Shown: positions 27,104-36,407, counted from the first letter of the stretch. The stretch is 48,239 nt of DNA from Poseidonia sp. (GCA_038118245.1 JAYOHN010000005.1:1-48239); one strand, 5' to 3'. Numbers and translations: made by a program. The notes: generated by a model not told the origin, from the sequence alone.

Positions 27104-27571
27104 ATGAAAGCAACGTTGGTGGGTCAAAAAGCACCCGAATTTGTTCTCGAAGACGACCAAGGCAACTCGTTCAACAGCGAGTCCCTCAGCGGCACTTGGC
27201 GAATCGTGTTTTTCTACTCAAGGCACAATTCACCCACGTGCAAGCGAGGATGTTTGACGTTCAAAGAACAGCACGACCTGTTTGCTTCTGCGGGCTGTTC
27301 CATCGTCGGCATTGGACCGGGGTCCGTGGAAGGTCTCGCATCGTTCAAAGCCGAATTAGGCGACCTTCCGTTCCCTCTCCTAGCTGACCCTGAACGGGAG
27401 GTCGGAAAGCGATTCAATGTCCCCCTCCACGTGGGCCAGTTTCCTGCCAAATCCTCCTTTTTGATTGGGCCCGACAACACGATTCACTACGTCTATGACT
27501 GGTTGTTCCGCCCCCGACGCCACGTCGCCAAGATTCTTGCAGACATTTCCAACGTCACGGGGGACAGTTGA
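27104..27571 (+). CDS. Peroxiredoxin-like (BCP/AhpC-TSA fold) protein with atypical active site
   Basis: VGQKAPEFVL.D..G, FFY...SPTC, LPFPLLADP, SFLIGPD. GAGGT RBS before ATG 27104. Confidence 0.8.
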   Translation: MKATLVGQKAPEFVLEDDQGNSFNSESLSGTWRIVFFYSRHNSPTCKRGCLTFKEQHDLFASAGCSIVGIGPGSVEGLASFKAELGDLPFPLLADPEREVGKRFNVPLHVGQFPAKSSFLIGPDNTIHYVYDWLFRPRRHVAKILADISNVTGDS

Positions 27572-28972
27572 ATGTGGGACGAGTTGTTGCTCGAGGCCGG
27601 ATTGAACGAACGAGAAGTCCGCTCGATCATGATCCTTGGCTCTCGGCCGAAAATGAAGGCCTCGGAACTTGCGAAAGAACTGAACACCACTCGGCTTGAC
27701 GCCTACAACAGCCTCTCCAGGCTCCAAGAAATGGGCATCGTCACCGCCACAGCGGACCGCCCCATGCTTTTCTCAAGCCTCCGAATCAACGAGGCCATGG
27801 AACACATCATCCAATCGAGAAAACAACAACTTGACCGATTGGTCGAGGGGTTTGAAGACCTCTCGAAAGGCATCACGGAAACCGATGCGTCTTACGAGAA
27901 GCAACGCCGAGACATCGACGACCCTCGTTTTGCCGTGCTCAAGGAGCGCAACCACATTTACAACCGTCTGCAAAAAATGGCCAACGATGCAGAAGAACGC
28001 CTCATCCTCTTGCTTGGGCAATTCGGCATCCTGCACTTGTGCCGTAACCCCGAAGCGCTGGAAGCGGTCAACACCGCCGCCGTTCGCGGCGTGGTCGTTC
28101 AGGTCATCACCCATCTTGACGGCCGGACGCTACGATTCTTCGACCAGCTGAACCCGACCATTGAAGTGCGGCATTCCGATGAATTGGACTCGCTTGGATT
28201 CGTGCAAGATCAGTCCGAGGTCATCCAATACCTCAACATCGAAGACAACCCGGTGGGACGAGGAAAAGAAGACGCAGCCCTCATCATCGAATCCGGGCCC
28301 TTTTCGCAAGCCCACCTCCACCTCATCGACGCTATCTGGGAGGGGGCAGTCTCGTTGGACACGGCACGCGCCCGATTTACGGAGAACCAAATCAACGACC
28401 CGCTTCGGTTGACCATTGGAGAGGGGTCGTTTCTCAAGAACGTCTCTGTCGCCCTCGGGTTTGACGGAGAGTTGCCCGAAGAAGACACCCCGTTTGACCC
28501 CGATGCGTTCTTTGCTGCCGGCAACGAAGTGAACGAAGCGCGCATGCGACTGACGGAGGGCAAACTGTCCAACCTCAAAGTGCTCGGCATTGATATTGGC
28601 CGGATGTTGCGCCAAATCGGGAACCGGGTTGGACAAGAAATTGCGTTTTCCCTCCGTTCCATTGAGAACGACATTGAATTCTTGGACGAGATGATGGATT
28701 GGTGGGAGCATGCCGGCCTGGGCTTGCTCCATTACGACGTCGACCCTCAATTCCATGTTGTGGTCGGATTGAACCACCCCCCACTCGACGACCCTGATGC
28801 GCTCCCCATGTGGCAGATGGACGACGGCATCATCGAAGGAGCTCTGTCCACCCGGTTTGCAAAAGATGCGAACGTGGTCATCCAGCGAGTGGATGGAAGC
28901 GGCTCAAAAGGCGACCTCTGGCGCTACCTCATCCACCGTCACGAATTGAACACCATTGAACTGGGCGATTGA
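27572..28972 (+). CDS. TrmB-family transcriptional regulator with effector domain and V4R-like C-terminus
   Basis: GLNEREVR...KASELAKELNTTRLDAYNSLSRLQEMGIV..TADRP (TrmB wHTH). Middle AAVRGVVVQVI PLD-like effector region. C-terminal LRQIGNRVG...WWEHAGLG...GIIEGAL. Confidence 0.85.
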   Translation: MWDELLLEAGLNEREVRSIMILGSRPKMKASELAKELNTTRLDAYNSLSRLQEMGIVTATADRPMLFSSLRINEAMEHIIQSRKQQLDRLVEGFEDLSKGITETDASYEKQRRDIDDPRFAVLKERNHIYNRLQKMANDAEERLILLLGQFGILHLCRNPEALEAVNTAAVRGVVVQVITHLDGRTLRFFDQLNPTIEVRHSDELDSLGFVQDQSEVIQYLNIEDNPVGRGKEDAALIIESGPFSQAHLHLIDAIWEGAVSLDTARARFTENQINDPLRLTIGEGSFLKNVSVALGFDGELPEEDTPFDPDAFFAAGNEVNEARMRLTEGKLSNLKVLGIDIGRMLRQIGNRVGQEIAFSLRSIENDIEFLDEMMDWWEHAGLGLLHYDVDPQFHVVVGLNHPPLDDPDALPMWQMDDGIIEGALSTRFAKDANVVIQRVDGSGSKGDLWRYLIHRHELNTIELGD

Positions 28973-28984
28973 GGTCGTTGCGAA

Positions 28985-30223
28985 ATGAAACTCTTGACGT
29001 TCATCCGTTTTTTCCGTCAACTCAAGGGCAAGAAGCCGGTTGACATCGAGCGGATTCAATCAATGGGGCTTCTCGCGGTCAAACTCGGGCAAATTTTTGC
29101 CCTTCGCCCGGACCTCATCGAGCCCGAACGCTGCATCGAACTGCAACGGCTTTACAGCCGAGCCGCCACCATACCTGAGGAAGACTCACAAGCACTCCTC
29201 GCCAAATTTGCACCGCCCGGATTCAAGGACCACTTCCAACACATCGAACCCAAACCCTTCGCTGCCGCCAGCATCGGCCAAATCCACAGAGCCGTCCTCA
29301 ACGACGGAACCAAGGTTGTGGTCAAAATCATCAAAGCCGATTTTGAAGCCTCTTTCCGGAGAGATGTTCGCCGCATGAAACGCTGGATTCGGCTCGGGTT
29401 GTTCTTCAACCCCCGCCTGCGGAAGGTCGGCAACCCCATCGGCTTGCTGGCCCACATTGAAGACTACACGCTGCGGGAGCTTGACCTTACCAACGAAATC
29501 CTCGGCCGAGATGACCTGTTGGCCAAAGCCGCCGAAGTGGAGGAGCACTTTCCCATGCCCCGACTCAAGTTTCCGACCATGTGGCAGAACCTCTCGAACC
29601 GCCGCGTCCTTGTGATGGAGGAAATCACCGCCCCGACGCTTGAGGACCATCTGAAACAGGGGACGATGGCCTGGGAGAACTTGCTCGAACTCTTTCGAAT
29701 TCACGGGGCCTTCATGTTTGGTCTGGGCACCTTCCATGGGGATTTGCACCCCGGGAACGCCATGATGGACGAGAACGGGGATTTCTTCTTCATCGATACG
29801 GGGGCCATTTGCCATGCTCCCGAGCATGTGCGAAACGCTCTGTTTGGATTCTTCTATTTCCTCGCCAAAGGCGAGTTGACGAACGCTTTTGACGCCATGC
29901 TGACCATGGCGGCGGTGCGCCCGACCGGCAGCACCCTCGAGACGTATTACCGTTCGATGGGTGAACTCTACGAAGGCTTCGTGGGCACCTCCGTGAGCGA
30001 AGTTTCGCTGACCGAGCAGATGATGAAGACGGTGAAAGCTGCCGTCCTTGCCGGTTGTGCGTTCGGAGAGGAAGCCTTTCCCATCATTCGTTCCCTGATG
30101 TACATGGACGGCATGGTGCTCAAGGGTCACCCTGAAGTGGATTTGATCAGTTCCATGGGGCCGTATCTGGACGAGTTCTCGGTCTTGATTGACCCCCACG
30201 GCATCATCAACACCGAGCCATAA
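28985..30223 (+). CDS. ABC1 / UbiB (AarF) atypical kinase
   Basis: KLGQ (KxGQ), RPDL, AAASIGQIHRA, VVKI, ELDL.NE, FHGDLHPGN, FIDTG. Confidence 0.92.
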   Translation: MKLLTFIRFFRQLKGKKPVDIERIQSMGLLAVKLGQIFALRPDLIEPERCIELQRLYSRAATIPEEDSQALLAKFAPPGFKDHFQHIEPKPFAAASIGQIHRAVLNDGTKVVVKIIKADFEASFRRDVRRMKRWIRLGLFFNPRLRKVGNPIGLLAHIEDYTLRELDLTNEILGRDDLLAKAAEVEEHFPMPRLKFPTMWQNLSNRRVLVMEEITAPTLEDHLKQGTMAWENLLELFRIHGAFMFGLGTFHGDLHPGNAMMDENGDFFFIDTGAICHAPEHVRNALFGFFYFLAKGELTNAFDAMLTMAAVRPTGSTLETYYRSMGELYEGFVGTSVSEVSLTEQMMKTVKAAVLAGCAFGEEAFPIIRSLMYMDGMVLKGHPEVDLISSMGPYLDEFSVLIDPHGIINTEP

Positions 30224-30255
30224 AGTGTTATTTTCGGCTAATTTTTTACGAACAA

Positions 30256-30291
30256 AAACCCGCCTTTATATGCATACACCTCTGGTGGAGG
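30256..30291 (+). promoter_or_regulatory. crtI-crtB promoter and RBS
   Basis: A-rich BRE-like stretch, TTTATAT at 30265-30271, GGAGG at 30287-30291 before ATG 30295. Confidence 0.65.
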
Positions 30292-30294
30292 ACC

Positions 30295-31908
30295 ATGTCA
30301 GCCACCGCTACGCCGACCGTCGCCATCATCGGGGCAGGACCAGGAGGTCTTGCTTCTGCGCTTCTCCTCGCCAAAGCGGGGGTTGACGTGACCGTTTTTG
30401 AGCGGTCGTCAGCGGTTGGTGGCCGAAACAAGGTGTTTGACCGGGATGGGTTCAAGTTTGACCTCGGCCCCACCTTTTTCCACTACCCCGAAGTTATCGA
30501 GGACATTTTCAAAGCCATCGGCAAGGACGCTCACAAAGAACTCAACCTCCACAAACTGGATTTGAACTACCGCCTGATTTTCGGCCAAGGAGGTCAACTT
30601 GACTGCACGAGCGACTTGGACGAAATGACCGAGCGAATCCGGGAGCTTTCCGGCGACAAGAACGCCTCGGCCTTCCAACGCTACGTCACCGACAACCGGA
30701 CAAAACTGGAGAAGTCCAAAGCCTGCCTGCAGGAGCCCTGGTACGGGCCAACCGATCTGCTTTCAAAACGGGCCATGCGGGTGGCGGGGGTTCTTCGGCC
30801 TCAACGCTCCGTGGCTCGAGATTTGATGAAACTCTTTGACGACGACCGCTTGATGCTGGCGATGTCGTTCCAAACCAAGTACCTTGGAATGTCGCCGTTC
30901 AATTGCCCAAGCCTGTTCACGATGCTGGCTTTCCTCGAATACGAATACGGCATCTTCCATCCGCTGGGTGGACTCGGCAGCGTGAGCGAACGGATGGCGA
31001 GCATTGCAAAGGACCTCGGCGTCACCTTCCGGATGAACGAAGCCGTGGAATCGGTCATCATGAACGGGAAAACCATCACCGGCGTTCGCACGGCAAAGGG
31101 CGAATTCATGGCCGACCGCGTGGTCATGAACGCCGACTTTGCCAACGGCATGACCCAACTCTTCCCCGACACCGTCCGAAAGAAATGGTCGAACAAAAAA
31201 CTGGACGGAAAGAAATACTCCTGTTCGACGTTCATGCTTTACCTCGGGGTTGACCGGACCTACAACGACCTCCCACACCACCAAATCTACGCCTCCGCCA
31301 CCTACGAGAGCAACCTCGAAGACATCGAAAAACACCACCGAATCACCTGGGACGATCCCTCTGTTTACGTCCAAAACGCCTCCGTCACCGACCCGAACCT
31401 CGCTCCTGAGGGATGCTCAACCGTTTATGCGCTCGTTCCCGTCTCGCACGTCCACGAGAACATTGACTGGGCCAAGGAAAAGGACGCCTACCGTGACCGC
31501 ATACTAGCGCAAATTGAAGAAAAATTGGGCTTTGAGAACATCAAGGACCACATCGTCACGGAGATGGTCATCACCCCCGAAGACTGGGGAGACCACTGCT
31601 ACCGAGGCGCCGTCTTCAACCTCGCTCACGGTCTCGACCAGATGCTCTGGCGACGGCCAAAGAACCAGTTTGACGAAATCAACAACCTCTACTTGGTCGG
31701 TGGTGGAACGCACCCCGGCAGCGGCCTTCCGGTGATTTACGAGTCGGCCCGCATCAGCAGCAAATTGCTGCTGGACAGTTTGGGCATCATTCCGGACTGG
31801 AACGGCGTTGACACGTGGTTCGAAAGCCGGAAGCGGTCCAAGCAAGGACGTGCGGCGGCCAACAAAACCTCAAAAGAGCCGTCCACGGGAACCCCAACAT
31901 CTGCTTGA
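30295..31908 (+). CDS. crtI: Phytoene desaturase family protein (CrtI/CrtN)
   Basis: IIGAGPGGL, GGRN, GFKFDLGPT, SFQTKYLGMSP, YSCSTFMLYLG, NLYLVGGGTHPGSGLPVIYESARI. Confidence 0.9.
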   Translation: MSATATPTVAIIGAGPGGLASALLLAKAGVDVTVFERSSAVGGRNKVFDRDGFKFDLGPTFFHYPEVIEDIFKAIGKDAHKELNLHKLDLNYRLIFGQGGQLDCTSDLDEMTERIRELSGDKNASAFQRYVTDNRTKLEKSKACLQEPWYGPTDLLSKRAMRVAGVLRPQRSVARDLMKLFDDDRLMLAMSFQTKYLGMSPFNCPSLFTMLAFLEYEYGIFHPLGGLGSVSERMASIAKDLGVTFRMNEAVESVIMNGKTITGVRTAKGEFMADRVVMNADFANGMTQLFPDTVRKKWSNKKLDGKKYSCSTFMLYLGVDRTYNDLPHHQIYASATYESNLEDIEKHHRITWDDPSVYVQNASVTDPNLAPEGCSTVYALVPVSHVHENIDWAKEKDAYRDRILAQIEEKLGFENIKDHIVTEMVITPEDWGDHCYRGAVFNLAHGLDQMLWRRPKNQFDEINNLYLVGGGTHPGSGLPVIYESARISSKLLLDSLGIIPDWNGVDTWFESRKRSKQGRAAANKTSKEPSTGTPTSA

Positions 31909-31917
31909 GGTGATACC

Positions 31918-32910
31918 ATGAAGGCCTTGCTGCTCAACAACGCTTACGCCTATTGCGAAGCGGTTTGCCGCGAAGCCTCCACCACCTTCTACTCCTCGTT
32001 CAGCGCCCTCCAATTCGAAAAGCGAAGAGCCGTGCATGCGGTGTATGCGCTGTGCCGCTGGGTGGACGACATCGTCGATGGAGATGAAGAACCGAACGTG
32101 TTCCACACGCCGCAACTTGAGGCAGCGACCGATGAACGGCAGGCTCTGGTCAGCGAAATCCACGCTGGGAAAACCCCTGTGCTGCCGGCTGAGGAACACC
32201 GACAACGGATGATGGCCTTGACCGAGATTCGGATGAAACTCAACCAGGTCTACGCCCAAACCATCACGGCTAACGACCACCCCATCTTCATCGCTCTGCA
32301 GGACGTGGTCGCTCGGTACCCCATCAAGCTCAACGATTTCGAAACCGTCATTGAAGGAATGGAAGACGACCTTTACCCGGTTCAGAACCAGACGTGGGAC
32401 GAACTTCGTTCCTATTGTTACAAGGTGGCTTCGGCCGTGGGCCTCATCCTGATCGAAATTTACGGCTACGAAGACCGGGCCGCCCGACTCCACGCCATTG
32501 ACCTCGGCATCCAAATGCAACTGATCAACGTCCTGCGCGACATCAACGAAGACATGGAGCGGGGGCGCATCTACCTCCCCGAGGAGGTGTTGGCCTCGCA
32601 CAACATCAGTTTGGAAATGCTGCGAAAGGAAAACGTCGCCCAGTCATTGGCCTGGCGCGGCTTCATCATGGAATACATGGATGTGGTGAAGCGCCACCAG
32701 GCGTCGGCATCCCACCTGTTTGCGTACCTTGACGCCCGTGCTCGCGTTCAACCCGAAATCATGGCCGACGCCTATGCCTCGATTTTCAACGAAATTGTGC
32801 GCCGCTCGGGGGATGTGTTCAGTCAGCCGGTGAAGTTGTCCTCATGGCGAAAATTGCTCTTTGGCGTGCGGCTCAGCCTGCGGAAGTTGAAGGCTCGCTA
32901 TTTCGCTTGA
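31918..32910 (+). CDS. crtB: Phytoene/squalene synthase
   Basis: AYAYC, TFY, AVYALCRWVDDIVD, YCYKVASAVG, LGIQMQLINVLRDINED..RGRIYLP. GAGGTGA RBS. Confidence 0.92.
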   Translation: MKALLLNNAYAYCEAVCREASTTFYSSFSALQFEKRRAVHAVYALCRWVDDIVDGDEEPNVFHTPQLEAATDERQALVSEIHAGKTPVLPAEEHRQRMMALTEIRMKLNQVYAQTITANDHPIFIALQDVVARYPIKLNDFETVIEGMEDDLYPVQNQTWDELRSYCYKVASAVGLILIEIYGYEDRAARLHAIDLGIQMQLINVLRDINEDMERGRIYLPEEVLASHNISLEMLRKENVAQSLAWRGFIMEYMDVVKRHQASASHLFAYLDARARVQPEIMADAYASIFNEIVRRSGDVFSQPVKLSSWRKLLFGVRLSLRKLKARYFA

Positions 32911-32976
32911 GAACCGAATCACAGGGTGCCCTTTGACGCGACGGGTAGGCAGAGGGTACCCTATGATGCCCTGCCC

Positions 32977-33453
32977 TCAAAGCGACGCCGAAAGACCGTA
33001 CTTTTCACCCAGGTCTGCGCAGATGGTTTCCAAGAGGTCCACGTCGTCTTTTGAGAACGCGGCGGGAAGGTCTGAATCCACGTCCAAAACGGCAACGACT
33101 TCACCGTTGGGCGCCACGACCGGCACCACGACTTCGCTGTTCGTGCTGCTGCTGCAAGCGATGTGTTCGGGCCGAACATGGACGTCAGGAACGTCTTGGG
33201 TTTGGGCCGTCCGGGCCGCAGCACCGCAGATGCCTCGGTCAAACGGGATGTCAAGGCAACCGTGGCCGCCTTGGTACGGGCCGATCTTCAGGTGTTGAGG
33301 GCGCACCGTTCGGTAAAAACCCGTCCAGTGAAAGTGGTCGAAGGCGTGGTGCAGCTCGCACACGACGGTCGCCATGGCAGCGACCCAATCGTCCTCGTCG
33401 CTCAACAAGCCGCCGATGCGGGCCTGCACCTCTTTGTGGTGTTCGCTGACCAT
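32977..33453 (-). CDS. msrC: GAF-domain free methionine-R-sulfoxide reductase
   Basis: WTGFY, GPYQG..GC..I...RGICGAAA, HIACSS..NSEVVVP, LDVDS. Start ATG 33453. Confidence 0.85.
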   Translation of the reverse strand: MVSEHHKEVQARIGGLLSDEDDWVAAMATVVCELHHAFDHFHWTGFYRTVRPQHLKIGPYQGGHGCLDIPFDRGICGAAARTAQTQDVPDVHVRPEHIACSSSTNSEVVVPVVAPNGEVVAVLDVDSDLPAAFSKDDVDLLETICADLGEKYGLSASL

Positions 33454-33505
33454 GAGTGAACTTTTGACATGTGATTTTTCAGCCTTTGCTTGCCTGTTTG
33501 CAGCC

Positions 33506-34987
33506 TTAGTCATCAAGCAGCGGAATCAGCGTTCCAAAGTCTTCGTAGAGGCTTGGGCCGCTGGCCAAGTAGTACACCGACCCGCGCCCGTCTCGCGAAT
33601 CTTGAGCCGTGGCGTTCTCGTTGGTGGCGCATTCACCGGTGCATCCGTCGGCAAAAGCGACGTAGACACGCCCCTCGCGGTCGATGTGCAGGTCGTTGAA
33701 GTCGAGCAGGTTTCGGTTGGACCCGCCGATGTCTCGGCAGTCGCCGGAGTTGAGGCAGATGGAGCCCACCTGCACGGGGTCATCGGTCACTCGGTAGGTG
33801 TGGAAGACGGGGTTCTCGTCCAAGGCGTTCAGGGAGTAGGTGATGTAGAGGTGGTAGGTGGCGTTGTTTGGAGCGTAGTGTGCGTTGCCGTTCCACGGAT
33901 TGCCGTCAATGTCGGATTGATTGAGCATCTCGTCGTTTTCGCTTCCCAAGTAGGTCACAGCGATGCGCCCGGCGTCCCCAGCATCGGTCTGAGGGAAGAC
34001 CGAAGAGATGACGTTGACCGGCGAAATGCGGATGCTCTCTTGCTCCCAGGATTCACCAGAATCGAACGAACGGGCCATGTAGACGCCCTCGTCACCGCCC
34101 GTCCAAACGTGGTAGGCGTTGGAATCCGAGTCGGCCGAGACCTCCGAATTCTTGCGAGGGTTCGGTGTACCGGTGTCTTCGCCCATGGTTCGTTCAAACC
34201 ACGAAAAGCCGTTGTCCTTCGAGACGATGACCGTGGGGGTGGCGACACGAGGCGTCACGTAGACCGTACCGTCGGGAGCGGTGGAAATCGCTCCGTGAAG
34301 GCCACCGTTGGTGGTGGCGAGCCCGATGATTTGACCGCCCAATTCAAAGGTCGCTCCGCCGTCAACGCTTGTGAAGCAAAAGATTCCAGCGAGTTTGTTG
34401 TAGCAGTAGTACACCGCCGTTTCGTAAAAGTTGCTCGTGATTTGACCCAAGGCGCCGTAACCGCTGCTCGTCCACGGTCCGCTGGCGAGTTTGATGTGGT
34501 CGTTGATGGGCGTGGTTCCCGAGTCGTGCGGGTTGCCCATCCAGGTTTCGCCGTCGTCGTCGCTCCAGCAAATCCAAGACGTTTCCAATCCGATCATCTG
34601 CACCCCAAAGACACGGTCCGTGATGGGGTCCACCCAACCGTAGGGGTCGCTGGTGGTCGGGGAACAAGCCACGGGGTCTTGGCTCTCTTCCCATGATGCC
34701 CCGTAGTCGCACGAACGCATGACCTTCTCCATCGCGATGAAGAAAATGCAGCCGCTCGAGGTGATGCCGATGCTGGGCTCTTTGCCCGTCTCACCGACAT
34801 CGCTGAACTGGAAGGTCATCGGTTCAACCTCAACATCGATGAGTTGACCGGTTTTGTCCGTCACGAACACACGCCGTTCCTCGCTGTCCTCCATCGGTGG
34901 CGTCACCACGGCTTCCTCCTCACCGAAGCAACCCGAGAGGGACATCATGACCACCATCAAGGAAAGAAGGACAGCGTTGGATTTCAT
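33506..34987 (-). CDS. Lipoprotein with BNR/Asp-box (sialidase-like) beta-propeller
   Basis: Lipobox LSGC. Asp-boxes SCDYGASW, SDDDGETW, SVDGGATF, SKDNGFSW, SFDSGESW. Confidence 0.8.
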   Translation of the reverse strand: MKSNAVLLSLMVVMMSLSGCFGEEEAVVTPPMEDSEERRVFVTDKTGQLIDVEVEPMTFQFSDVGETGKEPSIGITSSGCIFFIAMEKVMRSCDYGASWEESQDPVACSPTTSDPYGWVDPITDRVFGVQMIGLETSWICWSDDDGETWMGNPHDSGTTPINDHIKLASGPWTSSGYGALGQITSNFYETAVYYCYNKLAGIFCFTSVDGGATFELGGQIIGLATTNGGLHGAISTAPDGTVYVTPRVATPTVIVSKDNGFSWFERTMGEDTGTPNPRKNSEVSADSDSNAYHVWTGGDEGVYMARSFDSGESWEQESIRISPVNVISSVFPQTDAGDAGRIAVTYLGSENDEMLNQSDIDGNPWNGNAHYAPNNATYHLYITYSLNALDENPVFHTYRVTDDPVQVGSICLNSGDCRDIGGSNRNLLDFNDLHIDREGRVYVAFADGCTGECATNENATAQDSRDGRGSVYYLASGPSLYEDFGTLIPLLDD

Positions 34988-35037
34988 GCTCCGCCGAGCG
35001 GCCGGTCAAATAATGACCTTCCGATGGGAAGGTCTGC

Positions 35038-36300
35038 TCAGGAAAGCAGGCTTTCGTAAATCGTCTCATAGGCCTCAGCGTTGTGCTCGTAGGTGAAGCG
35101 GTCAAGCACCCGTTGCCGTCCGCGCACCATCTGCTGAATTCGCTCATCAGGCCGGTCAAGGCAACGGTTCACGGCTCGAGCCAAATCTTCGTGGTCGCCG
35201 CACGCAAAGAGTTCGCCCACATCAGCATCGATCATTTCGGTCAATGGAGCCTGGTCAACGGTCACCACAGGGGTTCCGCTGGCGAGGGCCTCCAAAGGAA
35301 TCAATCCTTGACCCTCGTAATACGAAGGGTACACCACCACGTCGGCGGCACGAAAGTGCAACGCCAGCCGGTCAAAACTCATGCCTGGTTGAATGTGAAC
35401 GGCGTGGGCGATGCCCAAACGCTTGGCTTGCCGCATCAAGGTCCGCCGCATGTGGCCTCGCCCGATGACCACCAACCGAGCACCGGGGTGCTGCTTGAGC
35501 ACTTCGGGCATCGCTCGAAGCAAGGTCCGGTGCCCTTTTCGGGCCACTAAGCGGCCAACAGCGAGAAGAAGCGGCGTCTTGGTGCTCGCCTCGCCGGTCA
35601 GGGCTGCTTCATCCGCTGCGTCGTAGGACTTGCGAAGTTCTTCGTAAGCAAGTTGCTCTTCCTCGTGGTCGTGGTTCATCGGGCGAAACACCTTGTGGTC
35701 CACGCCGTAGAGCACCGTTTCGCACCACCAGTCGTCAGGAGGGCGGTACCAGCGTTCAAACTCGGTTTTGGTGGATTCGGAAATCGCAACGCACGCGGTT
35801 GAACCTTCAATCCCCGCCTGTTCGTAGCGAGCGTAGTGTTTGCCCGTGAGCAAAATGGCGAGGTCGTTGGGGTTCTTCCACGTGGCCGCTTCCTTGTGCC
35901 GAGCGGCCAATTTCATGCCCTCTCGCTCCCCAATCCAGCTGCCGTTCAAGGCCGAGAGCACCGGGGCAATGTTCTCTTCCACCCATCGGTATTCCTTGAG
36001 CGTCCAGCTCACCAGCGGCAGCAAGGTGTGAACCACGTCCACCGGTTTGACTTGATGGAGACGGCGCAATTCAACGAGGGCGTGCTTGCCGTAGGAGCGA
36101 GTGAACATCATCGGTGCCTTCAACCAGGGGACATGAAGCACGCTTACGCCGGGTTGTTGAGGGGTGGTTTGCGGGTGGGTGCGGGTGATAACGGTCACGT
36201 CGTGACCGCGAGCGGCCAAGTGGCCGGCGAGGTGGTACACGACCGACCCAATACCGCCCCATCGGGGTGGATACTCGCCCGAGACCATGGCGATGTGCAT
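35038..36300 (-). CDS. Glycosyltransferase family 4 (GT-B)
   Basis: EYPPRWGGIG, GHDVTVIT, VGRLVARKG, PSYYEGQGLIPLEALASGTPVV. Start ATG 36300. Confidence 0.92.
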   Translation of the reverse strand: MHIAMVSGEYPPRWGGIGSVVYHLAGHLAARGHDVTVITRTHPQTTPQQPGVSVLHVPWLKAPMMFTRSYGKHALVELRRLHQVKPVDVVHTLLPLVSWTLKEYRWVEENIAPVLSALNGSWIGEREGMKLAARHKEAATWKNPNDLAILLTGKHYARYEQAGIEGSTACVAISESTKTEFERWYRPPDDWWCETVLYGVDHKVFRPMNHDHEEEQLAYEELRKSYDAADEAALTGEASTKTPLLLAVGRLVARKGHRTLLRAMPEVLKQHPGARLVVIGRGHMRRTLMRQAKRLGIAHAVHIQPGMSFDRLALHFRAADVVVYPSYYEGQGLIPLEALASGTPVVTVDQAPLTEMIDADVGELFACGDHEDLARAVNRCLDRPDERIQQMVRGRQRVLDRFTYEHNAEAYETIYESLLS

Positions 36301-36407
36301 CAAGCACACCACTCGGTGTTGACATTTGAAGGTCATTGAAGCGGGAAGGTCGGAGACGCCATGCTTGAACCCAAACCTTTGAAGCAACACCTCCGGCTCG
36401 GTTGTTC

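Noticed and set aside
33374-34696. Long antisense ORFs (440 aa here; also 9850-10929, 29186-30199, 42043-43005, 46531-47481)
   Set aside because: Shadows of well-supported genes in GC-rich DNA with no recognisable motifs.
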